From contig NC_087436.1 in NCBI RefSeq assembly GCF_036321535.1, forward strand, positions 13,206,001-13,270,000: DNA of 64,000 nt, read 5' to 3'. Source of the DNA: Camelus dromedarius (lineage: Eukaryota). Below the pieces are notes generated by a model. The model was not told the DNA's origin. It worked only from the letters and a program-made list of their open reading frames with translations, and did no database searches. Position numbers and translations under genes: made by a program. Below, in pieces: positions 1 through 11,713 of the stretch; positions within the stretch are counted from its first letter, which is position 1, and each line of letters begins with the position of its first letter.

Positions 1-326
1 ATCAAGTCTTTTCATAATTTTTATTCTTTTTCTCAAAGAGGGCTTCCAAAATCATACACGCTTCAGGCCCCAGAACGCTTTGATTTGCCTGTGAGGCCAA
101 GGAACCAGTTACACACACTCCTGTGATCACAGGCAGGCCGGGCAAGCCCTTGGAGAAACTCATACTCGTTTATTTTTAGACACCGTGGTCCCTTCTGTCC
201 CTTGTCTCTAATCCCAGTTTCCTCTTCCTGCCTGTAGTCTGGCCCTCTTTAGTGTCACTCGGAAACCAACACTGTCCTCAGTACCCTGCTTCCCCTCTTC
301 TCTCTTATCTTCTCTTCAATATTCAC

Positions 327-483
327 CTGTGCAACTCATCCTCCTGGACCTTGGTGAAGTCAGAACTAAAAAGCCCTTGATAGTTTACTATGTGATGATA
401 AGTTACCAGACTAAACACTCGACTATATAAATCAGCCGCACAATAAATGTTAGTGAGTTTCCACAAACTCTGCGGGCGTCCAT
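327..483 (-). CDS. Putative internal exon (157 nt, phase 1 to 2) of an unidentified minus-strand transcript
   Basis: Minus-strand acceptor ctgac...ctccttgcttttag| at 484 and donor CAG|gtgaat at 326. One frame is open throughout (DGRPQSLWKLTNIYCAADLYSRVFSLVTYHHIVNYQGLFSSDFTKVQEDELHR). Protein not recognised. Confidence 0.3.
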
Positions 484-607
484 CTAAAAGCAAGGAGACC
501 AGCACTTGGAGATGTCAGGGCAGGAGGAAGTTTCTGCATCCTCAGCGCTGGAGCTGCTCTGTGGCTGGCTGGCAGTGAGCTGGAGATCTCTCCAGAACTT
601 AACATAC

Positions 608-681
608 CGTAGCTGGTCCAGAAGCGTCTTTAAAGACAACAGCTGCCTGTTTTGTTTCTCTTGTTCAGATCTTTTCATAGA
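608..681 (-). other. Putative 74-nt exon upstream of a 124-nt GT-AG intron (484-607)
   Basis: Acceptor ctccctaatag| and donor CTACG|gtatgt. Reads SMKRSEQEKQNRQLLSLKTLLDQLR, continuing WTPAEFVETH* if joined to the acceptor at 483. Confidence 0.22.
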
Positions 682-1789
682 CTATTAGGGAGATGTTTGG
701 ATACTGCAGTCATCCCAGAGAACAAACCCATGGGCTTTAGTTTACAAAATTTTGTAGACTTTCCACTTTACTCTGGGCACAGGATGAAGACAACCTCGGC
801 ACACACTTCCTCCTGCCAGACCCTCCCCTTAGCAGCCCTGCCCCAGTTGCACAGTTGCCATCACTCATCATTAGGACCATCACAAGGACCTGCTCCCCCT
901 TTGGTTATCAGTCACCTTTTCAATGGCATTCTGTCTTCTTCAGGGGTCCCCAAACCTTGCCGACTGGCAAAGTCACATGAGAGCATGTGACCAGGACAGC
1001 AACTCTGCCTCCCTGTGGACACACTGGGTTGGGATACTGGGGACGTGAGGCTGGGAATATTTGACAGGTCCCCAGGTAATGTCTGTGATTTATTTGTTCT
1101 TCATTCTCAGATGTATTTTCCATGCTCATTGCTGGCCAGTCGCCCTTGTGCTGTTTTCCCAGCCTCACTATTCCATCATCCTTCTTCCATAAAGCTTCCG
1201 TCTCCCATCCCACCTGAGATCCCGCCCCTCAGTGTGTAAGGACCGGAATATTCATTCAGCAAGTCCCCACCACTCTTCACAGTGCCCGGAATGGACTGCA
1301 GTCTGGCAGTCATTCTGGGTCCATTTAGACCAATTTGCCCACAACAACCAAATTGATATTTGTAGAATACAAACCTAAAGATACCACTCAGGGCCTGTCC
1401 CCAGCCTTGTCTTTCCCGGTGTCTGAGTCCCCTGTGGCACTATCTTCCCTTTGAGTCACACAGCGTTCCTCGAAGCCTGCACTCCCTCAGTTCTATGAGT
1501 GACCCATGTTGCCCCATGCCCTTTGCACATGCTGTTTCCCTCATGCTTATTCCCCAGTCAGGAGACTCAGCATATTCCTCTATCCAGTAAAGCCTAAGCA
1601 ACAAGAGCATGAGCCAAAAGCCTTCAGAGCATATTTGGAAATTTTAAAAAAGCACTAAAATAGTCATCACAGTAAAAGAGCACAACTTTGTGGGCCTTCC
1701 TCTATTATTTGAAAGTCCAGTTTAGTTATATATTTATTTCTCAACACGTGCTGCAGGGAGGTTCGCTGGGAAGGGGTGCAGCCTGCTTT

Positions 1790-2065
1790 TGTTCTGGGCC
1801 CCATTCCCAGAGTTTTTCGTCCAATAGGTCTGGGATGGACCTGAGAATCTGTGTGTTTAACAATTTCCCAGGTGCTGCTGGCATGGGTCACCCAGTATTT
1901 ACAACTCTGAATACACAACACAGTCACTGGCTGAGCTCTTAAAAATACAGTTGCCTGGATTCACCCCAGACGAATTAGCTAGGAATCTCTGGGGACAGAG
2001 CCAGGCGTTTTTATGTTAAGCTTCTCAGGTGATTGTATTAGGCAGTCAGAATGGAAAACCACTTG
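1790..2065. mobile_element. Two adjacent MER5-type (hAT-Charlie) MITE relics
   Basis: gggccccattcccagag...ctgagaatctgtgtgtttaacaatttcccaggtg and tctcaggtgatt...gaaaaccact resemble MER5A/B cores. Confidence 0.7.
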
Positions 2066-2279
2066 GTTTAGGAACCACAGTCTTAATCCAGCCAGAGGAT
2101 TCCCACCTCATGGAACATTATCCCCTTCAGCTGGTTAACTTTTCCCTACCCTTTAGATGTCAACACAGGGCACTTCCTTTCCTATAAGCCCTAAGATCTC
2201 TGTGTCTCTTTCCTTGGGAGGCTGTCTGGGATGGTAAGAGTAGATCGTTGATATGATGATTCTGGTACTGTCTGTTTCT

Positions 2280-2390
2280 CTGCAAAGCTCTAAGTTCCAT
2301 GGAGCTGGGCTCATCCTTGGAACCCCAGAGTCTAATGGAGAGCATAGCACATCATAGGTCTTCACTAATATTCATCAAATGAATTAACCA
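2280..2390 (+). mobile_element. L2 3' end relic
   Basis: agcatagcacatcataggtcttcactaatattcatcaaatgaatt resembles the L2 3' terminus. Confidence 0.5.
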
Positions 2391-2494
2391 TAGACTATGT
2401 CGCTGCCACTCACTGTCTTGTATAATGTGAGGTCAGTTCTAAGAAGCGCGAGAAGGAGTGTCGTGACCTTGCTGGCACCTCAGTATTTCGGGGA

Positions 2495-2513
2495 CAGCGC
2501 CATCTCCTGGCAC
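2495..2513 (-). promoter_or_regulatory. CTCF-like motif
   Basis: Minus strand GTGCCAGGAGATGGCGCTG matches CCASYAGRKGGCRS with one mismatch. Confidence 0.45.
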
Positions 2514-2754
2514 AAGGATGCAGGCACGCAGGTGTACAGGATGCAGAGCCCTGAAGGAGTGCTCTCACATCGTGGAGAGGAAAGCCCAGTGGCTTGAGAA
2601 AGAGAGAGGAAGCTTCCTTCTGTCTGTAAGTTGATGCTCCAAAAAAGTCATCCCTGAGAAATCAAAAGCCCAAGGTTGCCGTTGTGTGGGTAAGGAGCCC
2701 ACACTGACGTGATTCGCAGAATTCTACATCACCAAGCTGAGAAGTTTGTGGTTT

Positions 2755-2838
2755 AAAAATAAATAAATAAATTTTTTAAATTAAACAACAACAACAAAAA
2801 CAAAATTAAAAAAACACCAAAAAACAAAAAAGAAAAGT
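2755..2838. repeat. A-rich low-complexity tract
   Basis: (aaat)n, (aac)n and A runs seen directly. Confidence 0.8.
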
Positions 2839-3962
2839 TTATGGTTGGGGCAAGTGAGGGGTGCTGGGGGAGAAAAATCTATTGAAGATGCACTCACAGT
2901 AAGAAAAAAAAATTTACAAAACTCATGAGAATATAAACCACTCTGTTGAGACTTAATGCAAAAGAACAAGCAATACCAAAGGCCGGGAGGAGAAACGGAG
3001 GTTTTAAAACCAGTGTGCTTACAAACGATTAAAGATATAAATTTAAAAATTAAAATCTTAAAGAGAGAAAAAGACGTGAATAAAGGGAAATCTAGAGAAG
3101 CTTTGGGGTTGAGTCCATCACGGGCACAAGAGGCACTTTGGTGATCCAGGACGGCCTCGAAGCACCCCGAGTATTCCAACACCAGGGAGCTCTACACCCC
3201 CCAGAGGGTAGAGGACAGAGCAGAGCAGGGGACAGTCCTAAAGGGAGGTTCGGTGCAAAGAAAGAGGAAACGGAGAAGACCCATTGCGTGGCTAAAGGCA
3301 GCTGGGGCAGAGGGAGGTCTGCGGTACCCCCTGCAGGTGTGCAGGAGCGGAGGTGATGCTGAGACGAGGTGGCCCAGGGAAGGCCAGGCACAGCGGCCTG
3401 ATCAGAGGCTGTTTCCTAACTCCAGGGCGAAAGGAGAGAATTAGCATGAGAAAAATTGAGATTGGCTGAGTATTTACTCAAAGGCGCTGACTCTAATTCA
3501 AGAGCAACTGACTACCTTAAATTGACAAGTTTGTCATTTGCCATCCAGGGAAGTGGGGACTGAGTTAACAGAAACAAAGTTCCTACAGTTACACAATTCC
3601 TGCGTATCTGCTTTTTGTAACTCTGACATCCTCACCTATTACACAACACAAGAGGGCCTTTTGCTGTTTTGTAGTGAGAGGAATCTTCCCACAGCATGAA
3701 TCATTTCATCCTAGGATTTGTCAGTTTGTAAGTAAGATACCGGTACTCCTTTTCAGCTCTGTGTGTCACGACACAAAGGGCAGTCTCCTGCCAAGGAGGG
3801 GGACCCAACTCCACAAGCAGGTTTTCTCATTCCTTGCCTTCCTCCCCCGATGGCAGGGTGCGAAGGACACGTCCGCAGCCTAACTCCGTACTGGAAACAG
3901 CAGCCCCGGCTGTCCACAGGTGCGTACTCACTACAGATTAACACGCTAGTGTCTGGTCATAC

Positions 3963-4049
3963 CGTCAGCCTTGTGACTCAGTGAATGCCAGGCTGTCCTG
4001 AAAAGATGGAGTCCTGCTCTCTCTGTGCTGAGCAATCCTGTGTCAGAGC
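3963..4049 (-). CDS. Putative symmetric 87-nt exon (phase 1 to 1)
   Basis: Acceptor ttaagctttcgctttgcag| and donor GACG|gtatga. Open frame SDTGLLSTERAGLHLFRTAWHSLSHKAD. It overlaps AP-1/MARE-like motifs, so it may be purely regulatory. Confidence 0.2.
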
Positions 4050-4459
4050 CTGCAAAGCGAAAGCTTAAACTTCAGACAGTAGACAATTCACACAAGGGAG
4101 CCCCTTGGGGTCACTCGTCTGGCTTTCCCCCATAGTATCCCTTCCTCACCCCGGCCCGCACCCCCATACCTCTGCTGGCCCTGACCAGGCCTTTCCCTGT
4201 TTGTAAATCTATGTGCAAACGATCTCTTTAACCACAATCGCTAGGTCAGCACCAGGTGCTCATGCGCCTCCTGGTTTTCTGAAACACTCTGATGATCTTT
4301 TAATTTTCCCTGGGCCATGTGCATCATGACAGTTCTTGGAGGTGTGGGTTACAAGGGGCCCTGTAGAGTCACTGGAGAAAGGGGGGGACTCAGATGCAAT
4401 TAATCTAAGGCAAAAGTGTTTTGCCAATTTACCTCTGAACTGAATTTAAGGTGCTGGAC

Positions 4460-4650
4460 AACAGCGGATGGGATTCACCCAGGGGCCAGGTTAGCCGGGC
4501 TCCGCCCGGAGAGGCGGGGCTGGGGCAGCCTCCGCTGAGGACTGTGGCACCGGCACCCCCTCTCTGCTTGCCGGGTCAGGGCTCTGCATCGGGGAGAAAG
4601 GGAGGAAGCCCCTCGTGTCAGTCCTGCCTGGTAGCCCAGCTCGGTTCACA
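4460..4650. promoter_or_regulatory. Small GC/CpG-rich patch with GC boxes
   Basis: ccgccc at 4502-4507 and ggcgggg at 4513-4519; locally elevated CpG. Confidence 0.4.
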
Positions 4651-5094
4651 GCTGGACCTGCAAGAGGTGCCAACTAAGGAGAAAAAGGTGAACTCAGGGA
4701 CTTCTAGTCTTTATTAGTAACATTTTCCTAAATAAGGACTTTATAAAACGTCATCATTGAAGCCTCCAGGGTGGGAGACTTTAAAATATGCTTGAAGGAC
4801 AGATAAGCAAATTTGAACAAATAGAAAGATAAAACTTGTTCTTGGATAGGGTGTCAACACCAGCAAAAGTCACTTCTGTCCAAGTTAACGCACATTCTTG
4901 TTATGTTTACTCTAAAATACTTTATATTTTTTCTTGTCTCTAACGGCTCTGATAGATGATGGAGGTTTTCTAATGCAAACCCACATCTGAAGAGGACTGG
5001 AATCTCTCTTTCTCTTGAGATGTCAATGATGATGTTTTTAAAAGTCCTTATTTGGGAAACTTTCTGTTCTTTAAAAGACAACTTTCAAACATAA

Positions 5095-7500
5095 AACACA
5101 CACCTGAAGAAAATATTTGCAAAATATATAACTGATTACGACAGGTTATTCGGAACATATAAATAACTCTCAAAATGCAGGAGTAAGAAATCAAACAATC
5201 CAATTTTTAATTATTGGGCAACATATTTGGACAGATTCTTCACCAAAGAAGATATACAGATGGCAAATAAAATGTGAAAAGATACTTGATATCATTAGTC
5301 TTTAGAGAAATGCAAGTTAAAACCGCAACGAGATACTACTTGATAACTATTGTAATGGAAGAATCATGGGAGGGAGGGAGGAGGGGAATGAAACTTTGAC
5401 AATAAGTGTTGATGAGGACACAGGATGAGTGGAGCAACCAGAATGAGAACTCTCACACGTTACTGGAAGGAATGCAAATTGAAATAGACACTTCGTAAAA
5501 TAGTTTGGCCATCTCTTATAAAGTTAAAAACACACTTAACTTTAACAAAATCAACAATTTCACTCCTAGCTATCTGCCTAAGAGAAATGAACGTCTCTGT
5601 CCATACAAATGGAAATGACAGTTTTATACCAAATCATGCCAATGTCTAAATGTTAAATAGATTTTTTTAAATGTGTGGGACCTCAATACAATGCCATACA
5701 TTGATAAAAAGGAGTGATAAAAGGGATCTGCTAATTTGTGCAACGTGGATTAAGCTGCACTATACTAATGCACTGTGCTGAGTGAGGGAAGCCAGACTCA
5801 GCACCCCTCAATGTATGATTCCACTTAAACGACATTCTGGAAAAGGCTAACATAGGGAAGACAGATCATCGGCTGCCAGGGGCTGGATGCTGTGGGGAGG
5901 GGACTGAACAGAAAGGAGAATGAGGGAACTTAGTGCGCGACGGAGATGCTCTACAGAGTGATGGTCGTGTGGCTGCATGACTGTGAACCACTGCAAAAGC
6001 TTCATAGACCTCTGAATTTTACTGTGTGTAAAATAAAATCCACTTAAAAACTATAAACACAATCAAACAGAGAAAACGATTGAATTTACTTGGAAATACA
6101 ATGTCTGTGATGTTACATCATCTGTGGGATATATTCAGGACAGAAAGGACTGAAATGAAAGGAAGTATAAATGTAAAATTAAAGAAATTAAAAATTAAAG
6201 GAAGTAAAAATCTTGTAATTTTTTTCATTTTTGATTGAAATTAATATGAACTCACAACTTACATGCATTCTGGCATTGTCTACCTAAAACAGCTGGAAAT
6301 AATGATATCCCAATAGGAATAAACTGAGTTAGTGTCTAGATACTGATTTTTAAACATCATTCCACACACTGTAAGATATCATGGATTGTTACAGTGACAG
6401 CTAATTCTGGGTCTGGGGCAAGGAAAAGAAAACAACAAAGTGCTCAAACACTAATGGCATCAAATCGAAGAAACATGGGAGCCTTCCTGAGTTAGCTTCC
6501 AATAACCAGATTTGGAAACTTTGAGTGACAAAAGGGACAATAATGGCAGTGAATTAGAAGACACTGAATTTTTCAATTAATCCATAATGATATTAAAGAA
6601 GAAGCAAGATTGAGAGTTACAAAAATCTCAAAGAAGGAATAACAGAATTGGAAAAATCATCATTTGGCAATCACCAAGAATAATGGCAGCAGGCAAGAAT
6701 TATTGATAGAACAAGCGAGTATAATGTGAAAGTTAGGGAAGAACTAAGTCACACAGTCAAAGTATTCTCCCCGACAGATTAATTTACTAATCCCGAAGGG
6801 GGAAATGTACCTCCCTGTGGAGAGTTCACTCTGATCACCACTTTACCCAGGTGACCAACCTTAGGATCACTAGTGGTGGGACAATCTGACATCATGTACC
6901 TCCTGGTATAAAGCATTAAGAATTTTACAGCACCAGAGTAACGTTCTTGAGAAAGAACGTATCTGAGTCTAACAATGAAAAATCAATCAGGCCAATTCAT
7001 ATGTAGACTGTTTCATAACCTTCTGGGATCTTCAGAAAAGTCACTGTCACGAAAACAAAAACAAACAAACAGAATGAACAGAAATGTGGGAGAACTGTTC
7101 TAGATTAAAAGAGACTGAAAAGACAACCAAATGTAACACATCAATCATGATTGAATTCTACACAGGTAAATTAATAAATACAGCAGAAGACATTGGGGAA
7201 ATTATTCGGGAAATTTAAACATGGGCTTCATGGTAAATGATATAAGGGACTCATGGTTAATTTGGGGGTGTGTGATAATGGTCCTTATGCTCAGGAGATG
7301 CGTTATAAGGTCCATAGAGGTGAAATGTCATTGTGTCTGCTACCTGCAAATGACTCAGTAAAAATATATAAATAAATGGATGAATAAGAAAGAAGTGTGA
7401 CTAATGGATAAATCTGAATGTAGGATATATGGATTTTTAAAATTATAGTAGTCTTTATCTTTTATGTAGTTTGGAAATTTTCAAAAGAAAAAATTGGGGA
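5095..7500 (+). mobile_element. Old L1 (L1MC/L1ME-like): ORF2 C-terminus and long 3' UTR
   Basis: gaagaaaatatttgcaaa...ttcaccaaagaagatatacagatggcaaata...agagaaatgcaagttaaaacc is decayed ORF2 C-terminus; L1 3'UTR motifs continue to ~7500. Confidence 0.8.
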
Positions 7501-9730
7501 GAAAAAAAATAACTGCCTTGATCAATGAGGCAAGGCCCTGAGAGATGTATTTGCATCACATTGTGCAATGCATTCCATCTTGTGGTTTGCAGAAAGAGGT
7601 TAGCTTCTGAGGTTATTGACCTGTGGAGGACTTCGGTGCTGTTGGGAAAACCTGAGGCGCTGATTTCCACGCCCAGGGATCCACTGCCCAAGGCCAGAGT
7701 GCAGACTTTGCATTTTCCCCAACTGAGAATCTGGAAGACGCATGCAATCCTGAACAACAGAGGTCTGTGCTTCCCAGAAGTTTGAGCAAAAGCATTGGGC
7801 CAAGAGGTTATTAGTTTTAATTCTAGCTAAACCACTGGCAAAAAAAAAAAAAAAGAAGAAGAAGAAAAGAAAAATAGATGGTTCCCCTCAAATTCCTTGG
7901 GAATAAATGGAAAGCACAGGCTTCCTTGGAAACACGCAGCAGGATTTCTGTGGGATTGCTTGCCGAAGTGGTCTTCATCTATTAATTAGTTTAACAAACA
8001 ACCAGTTATCATCACTCAGTTTTACCTACTGATTAGGATCACATCTAATCAAATTTAGATACAAGAGGAAACAAGCTTTTGGTATGAAATTACATTGCTT
8101 TTTTTGATTTTGACAAGCATTTGTGAAACTAAGAGTGTTTTTTTTTTTTTTTTCTCCTCTGCTAGATGTTTTATGGAGAGCTACATGTTCTTCAAAGAAT
8201 ATTGTGGGGAGAGAGGGCCCTGGCTGGACAGAGAGATGAAAACAGCAAGTTTTCCAATGAGACAAATGGGGAAAGTTCTCCAAACCATGCGTCTACTAAG
8301 AGCCCATCCCAATCAAAGGACTCAGTCCATTCCGCTCCAATTGTAAGATTTTAATACAATTCAAGCCAGGCTTTTGGTTGCTCAAGCTTTTTAACCAGGT
8401 GCCAAAAAGTTGGCCAAATGTATGGAAATGGATTTCTTGTCTATGAATGGCCACAGGAACTTTGATGTTTATGCCGAGCAGCAGGAATCTAGGTTGATTA
8501 GCCTCTCTTCCAAAAGACCATCCCGTTCTGGGTAGAGAGCATTCTTCCTGATTTATCCAGCTTGAAAGGACACCATGAACTTGGCATTCCCAACCTACTT
8601 ATTAAAAATTCCTTTCTTTTTTTTTTTTATCAATCTTAAGAATCAAAGATTCTCACACAACCAAGTAATCAACTTTTGCAATTTTTTTCCTGAAAAAAAA
8701 AATCTGTTTTTGAGATAACTCAACTGTAATATGTATGGACATTTTCAGTTTATTATTTCTTTTTTCCAAAGCAGCAAAATTCAAACTAGCCCTTTGATAC
8801 TAGGTTTCATCACTTGAAAAATGAGTTTGCCTTGTGCTTCCCAGTCTACCTGAGGTTCCTCCTGGCAGACTCTTGCACAATGTACTGCCTGTCATTCTTA
8901 AGACTGAATTGTATCATTTAAAAATATAACTCACTAGATATTCCAATGAAAATCCGTGTAAAAAGCTCAGTGCATAACATTTTTAACAAGTTACTGCACA
9001 TAGCACCTTTTCTCCTTCGGGCTCATTGCAAACATCTTGTGTTCATTGAACAGCTTGCATTTTCTTCAGACCTTGAGCACTCTTGATGAATTTCTGAATC
9101 TCAACTGACACTGTCCTAAAAGGCTGAAAGAATTTAATGACTCTGATGTCCTTCCAGACACGCCTTCATCACTGTAAAGAGAAACCCGGATGCATTGTTT
9201 ATTGTAAGCGTAGGTACAGCCAACCAAACATGCTAAACCACTTAAAGCAGCTCACTGACACTGGCCAGGAACAACAATTTAGAAGAGCAAATGACGTAGA
9301 TCATATATGGTACAGTTTTCAAGGTTCCTCCAATCCCCCTGCCCCTCCACTTTTCTTTAGGGCACCTCTCTACATTGAACACACGTCAAGAATTTGGAAG
9401 CAACAAGCAATCAGGTTTTTTTTTTTTTTTTCCTAAAGCTATAACTTGGTTATGTGCCCATCTCATAGTAGACTTTTCAAATTTAACCAGTTTTGCTTAT
9501 TCAAAATGTGAAGGTTTACTCAACAATGAATACATATAGGTATTGATTAGGTCTTCGAGCTTGAACTCGTGAGCAGAAATCAAGCTAAAGATTGGCAAAG
9601 AGCAACTCTATAATCATTAAATTTCAAGGTGGAAAAAAAATAGTGCTAATATCATTCACATATTTCGTTTTAGTTTTGACCAAATACTGCATTTAATTTT
9701 AAGTTCTACATGAAAAAGTAAAATTAGTCT

Positions 9731-9800
9731 CATGACTGGGACATTGTGCTGTACACCAGAAATTGACACAGTGTGATTGACTATACTTCAATTAAAAAAA
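9731..9800 (+). mobile_element. Extremely 5'-truncated young (camelid-type) L1 3' end
   Basis: gctgtacaccagaaattgacaca...gactatacttcaattaaaaaaa flanked by aaaattagtctca / aaaattagcctca. Confidence 0.8.
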
Positions 9801-10004
9801 ATTAGCCTCAGTCTACAGGCACCCAGTGAATAGATTTCCTTTAAAAGATAATCTATGAATCTTAGAATATGGATTTTAGTAGAGCAGCTCACAGTGTGAG
9901 AGCACTCTCTCATCATTTATCATTTATTCACCATGGAATAGCCAGGTACCATCAGTTAACATTTTGGCGCAGAGATATGGTTACATAGTAGATGAGAATA
10001 TGAC

Positions 10005-10200
10005 CAAACTGGATTTCATCCCGTCATTTACCAGTTCTGTGACCTCAGACAAGTTAATTAGCCTCCCTTCTGCCTCAGTTTCCTCATCTGCAAAATGGAA
10101 ATAATAATACCTTCTCTTAGGTCAGCTACCTGAAGATTTGAATGAGGAAATATTGCAAAATCATTAACACAGCTCCTAGTACATAATAAACAATCATTGA
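10005..10200 (+). mobile_element. MIR SINE
   Basis: Core ctgtgacctcagacaagtt...gcctcagtttcctcatctgcaaaatgg. Confidence 0.85.
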
Positions 10201-10404
10201 GGGCTATTTCTTTTAAACTCTAGAAGCCTTCTTTCTAAAGTAGTATTCAATTTGGTTCACAAAATAAATACATCATTCTAAATCACCCACAAACATTTCC
10301 TTGAGAAACCTTGATTTGTTTTTCTGATCTCATCTGACAAATGTCTAGCCTGAGAAGAAGGGCAGTATTCGCATGCCCAGCATGTTAGATTTGGAAGCTC
10401 ATTA

Positions 10405-10520
10405 TTTCTCCCATGAGGCAAGAGCCGTGATTATTTCCATTTTACAGATGAAGAAACTGAGGCCAAGAACTTCCCTAAGGCTACATAAGCAGTGAAAGGG
10501 TGGAGGCAGCATTCAGATCT
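10405..10520 (-). mobile_element. MIR SINE
   Basis: ccattttacagatgaagaaactgaggc (reverse MIR core). Confidence 0.8.
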
Positions 10521-11039
10521 GTGAAATCATGACATTAGGTAATAATCACCACCTTATAATCTGTCTAGCTCTAAATTAAGTTATTTAAATTATGCCGTAG
10601 AAGAGAAAACAGTACTTAGAAGGTGGAGAACAGAAACCATGTGCTTGGGGCTCACATTAGGAAGTGAGGCTTGGAGTCTGCGTTTCAGCACCTGCAGAAC
10701 AACAGAAACATCTCGTGATTCATAAGCACTGAGACTCCTGGCTGAGGGGGTGGCAATCACGTCTGCCCGCAAGGCACGTATTTGAATCACATTCCAAGTC
10801 TGCTGTTGATTTTGCCTTCTGATCCTGGAGTATGGAAACAGAATCCAAATTCACGTAGCTAATGTATCATGCTCCAAGTGAGAGATGGTTAGACTGTAAC
10901 CAGGAGAGGACAGTGGGATTAAGCGTCTGCCGTGTGCACCTCAACAAACAGCACTGCCAGATTTTAAGCCGAATATCAGCAAGTGCTCTGGTTCTCATCA
11001 TTGTGCAGTTTGGAGTTGGTGGAGTGTGGAGCAGCCCTA

Positions 11040-11205
11040 GGACTTTGTGGTTATTAACTCATTTCATCCTCATAAGAATCCTACGTGACATGCCTCTGAT
11101 CAACCCCGCACTGTAGATGAGGACACCAAGGCAGGTGAACTTTGCGCCACCTGCCTCACGTGGCAGAGTCCACAGATGGCTTGGGCAGGATTGAAGCCTC
11201 AACCC
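11040..11205 (-). mobile_element. MIR SINE
   Basis: aactcatttcatcctcataagaatcct...tgtagatgaggacaccaaggc. Confidence 0.65.
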
Positions 11206-11314
11206 CGAAGCCACACAGACCGTGGCTGTGGAATGGGAAACACCCAGTTCCTGTGCGATCCACTACACCCCACACCCCCACACCTTACTTTCACCTCAAG
11301 GTTCTGGGTATGTT

Positions 11315-11562
11315 TAGATATTTATAAAGGGCAAGTGGTTGCCAGGGACTGTGGGGAGAGGAGAATGGGGAGTCAGTGCTTAATAGAAATGAAGTTTCAG
11401 TTCGAGAGGATGAAAGCATTCTGGAGATGGCTGACCACGCTCCACCCATGATGGTTACACAACCAGGTGACTGGGCTTAATGTCACTGAACTATACACTT
11501 AAAAATGGTAACCATGCTAAATTTTATGTTTCATATAAATTTGATACCTACAAAATTTTTTT
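11315..11562 (+). mobile_element. L1MB-like 3' end
   Basis: gtggttgccaggg...ctggagatgg...aatgtcactgaactatacacttaaaaatggt. Confidence 0.75.
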
Positions 11563-11585
11563 AAGGATTGTTTATTACTGCTGAT

Positions 11586-11713
11586 TTGGGGGGGGAGTAT
11601 AATAAGGTTTGTTTCTTTGTTTGTTAGTTTATTTCAACGGAGATACTGGGGATTGAACCCAGGACCTTTTGCATGCTAAACGTGCATTCTACCACTAAGT
11701 TATACTCTCCCCC
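11586..11713 (-). mobile_element. Camelid tRNA-derived SINE (vic-1-type)
   Basis: Reverse of ggggagagtataacttagtggtagaatgcacgtttagcatgc...cctgggttcaatccccag (A and B boxes). Confidence 0.85.
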
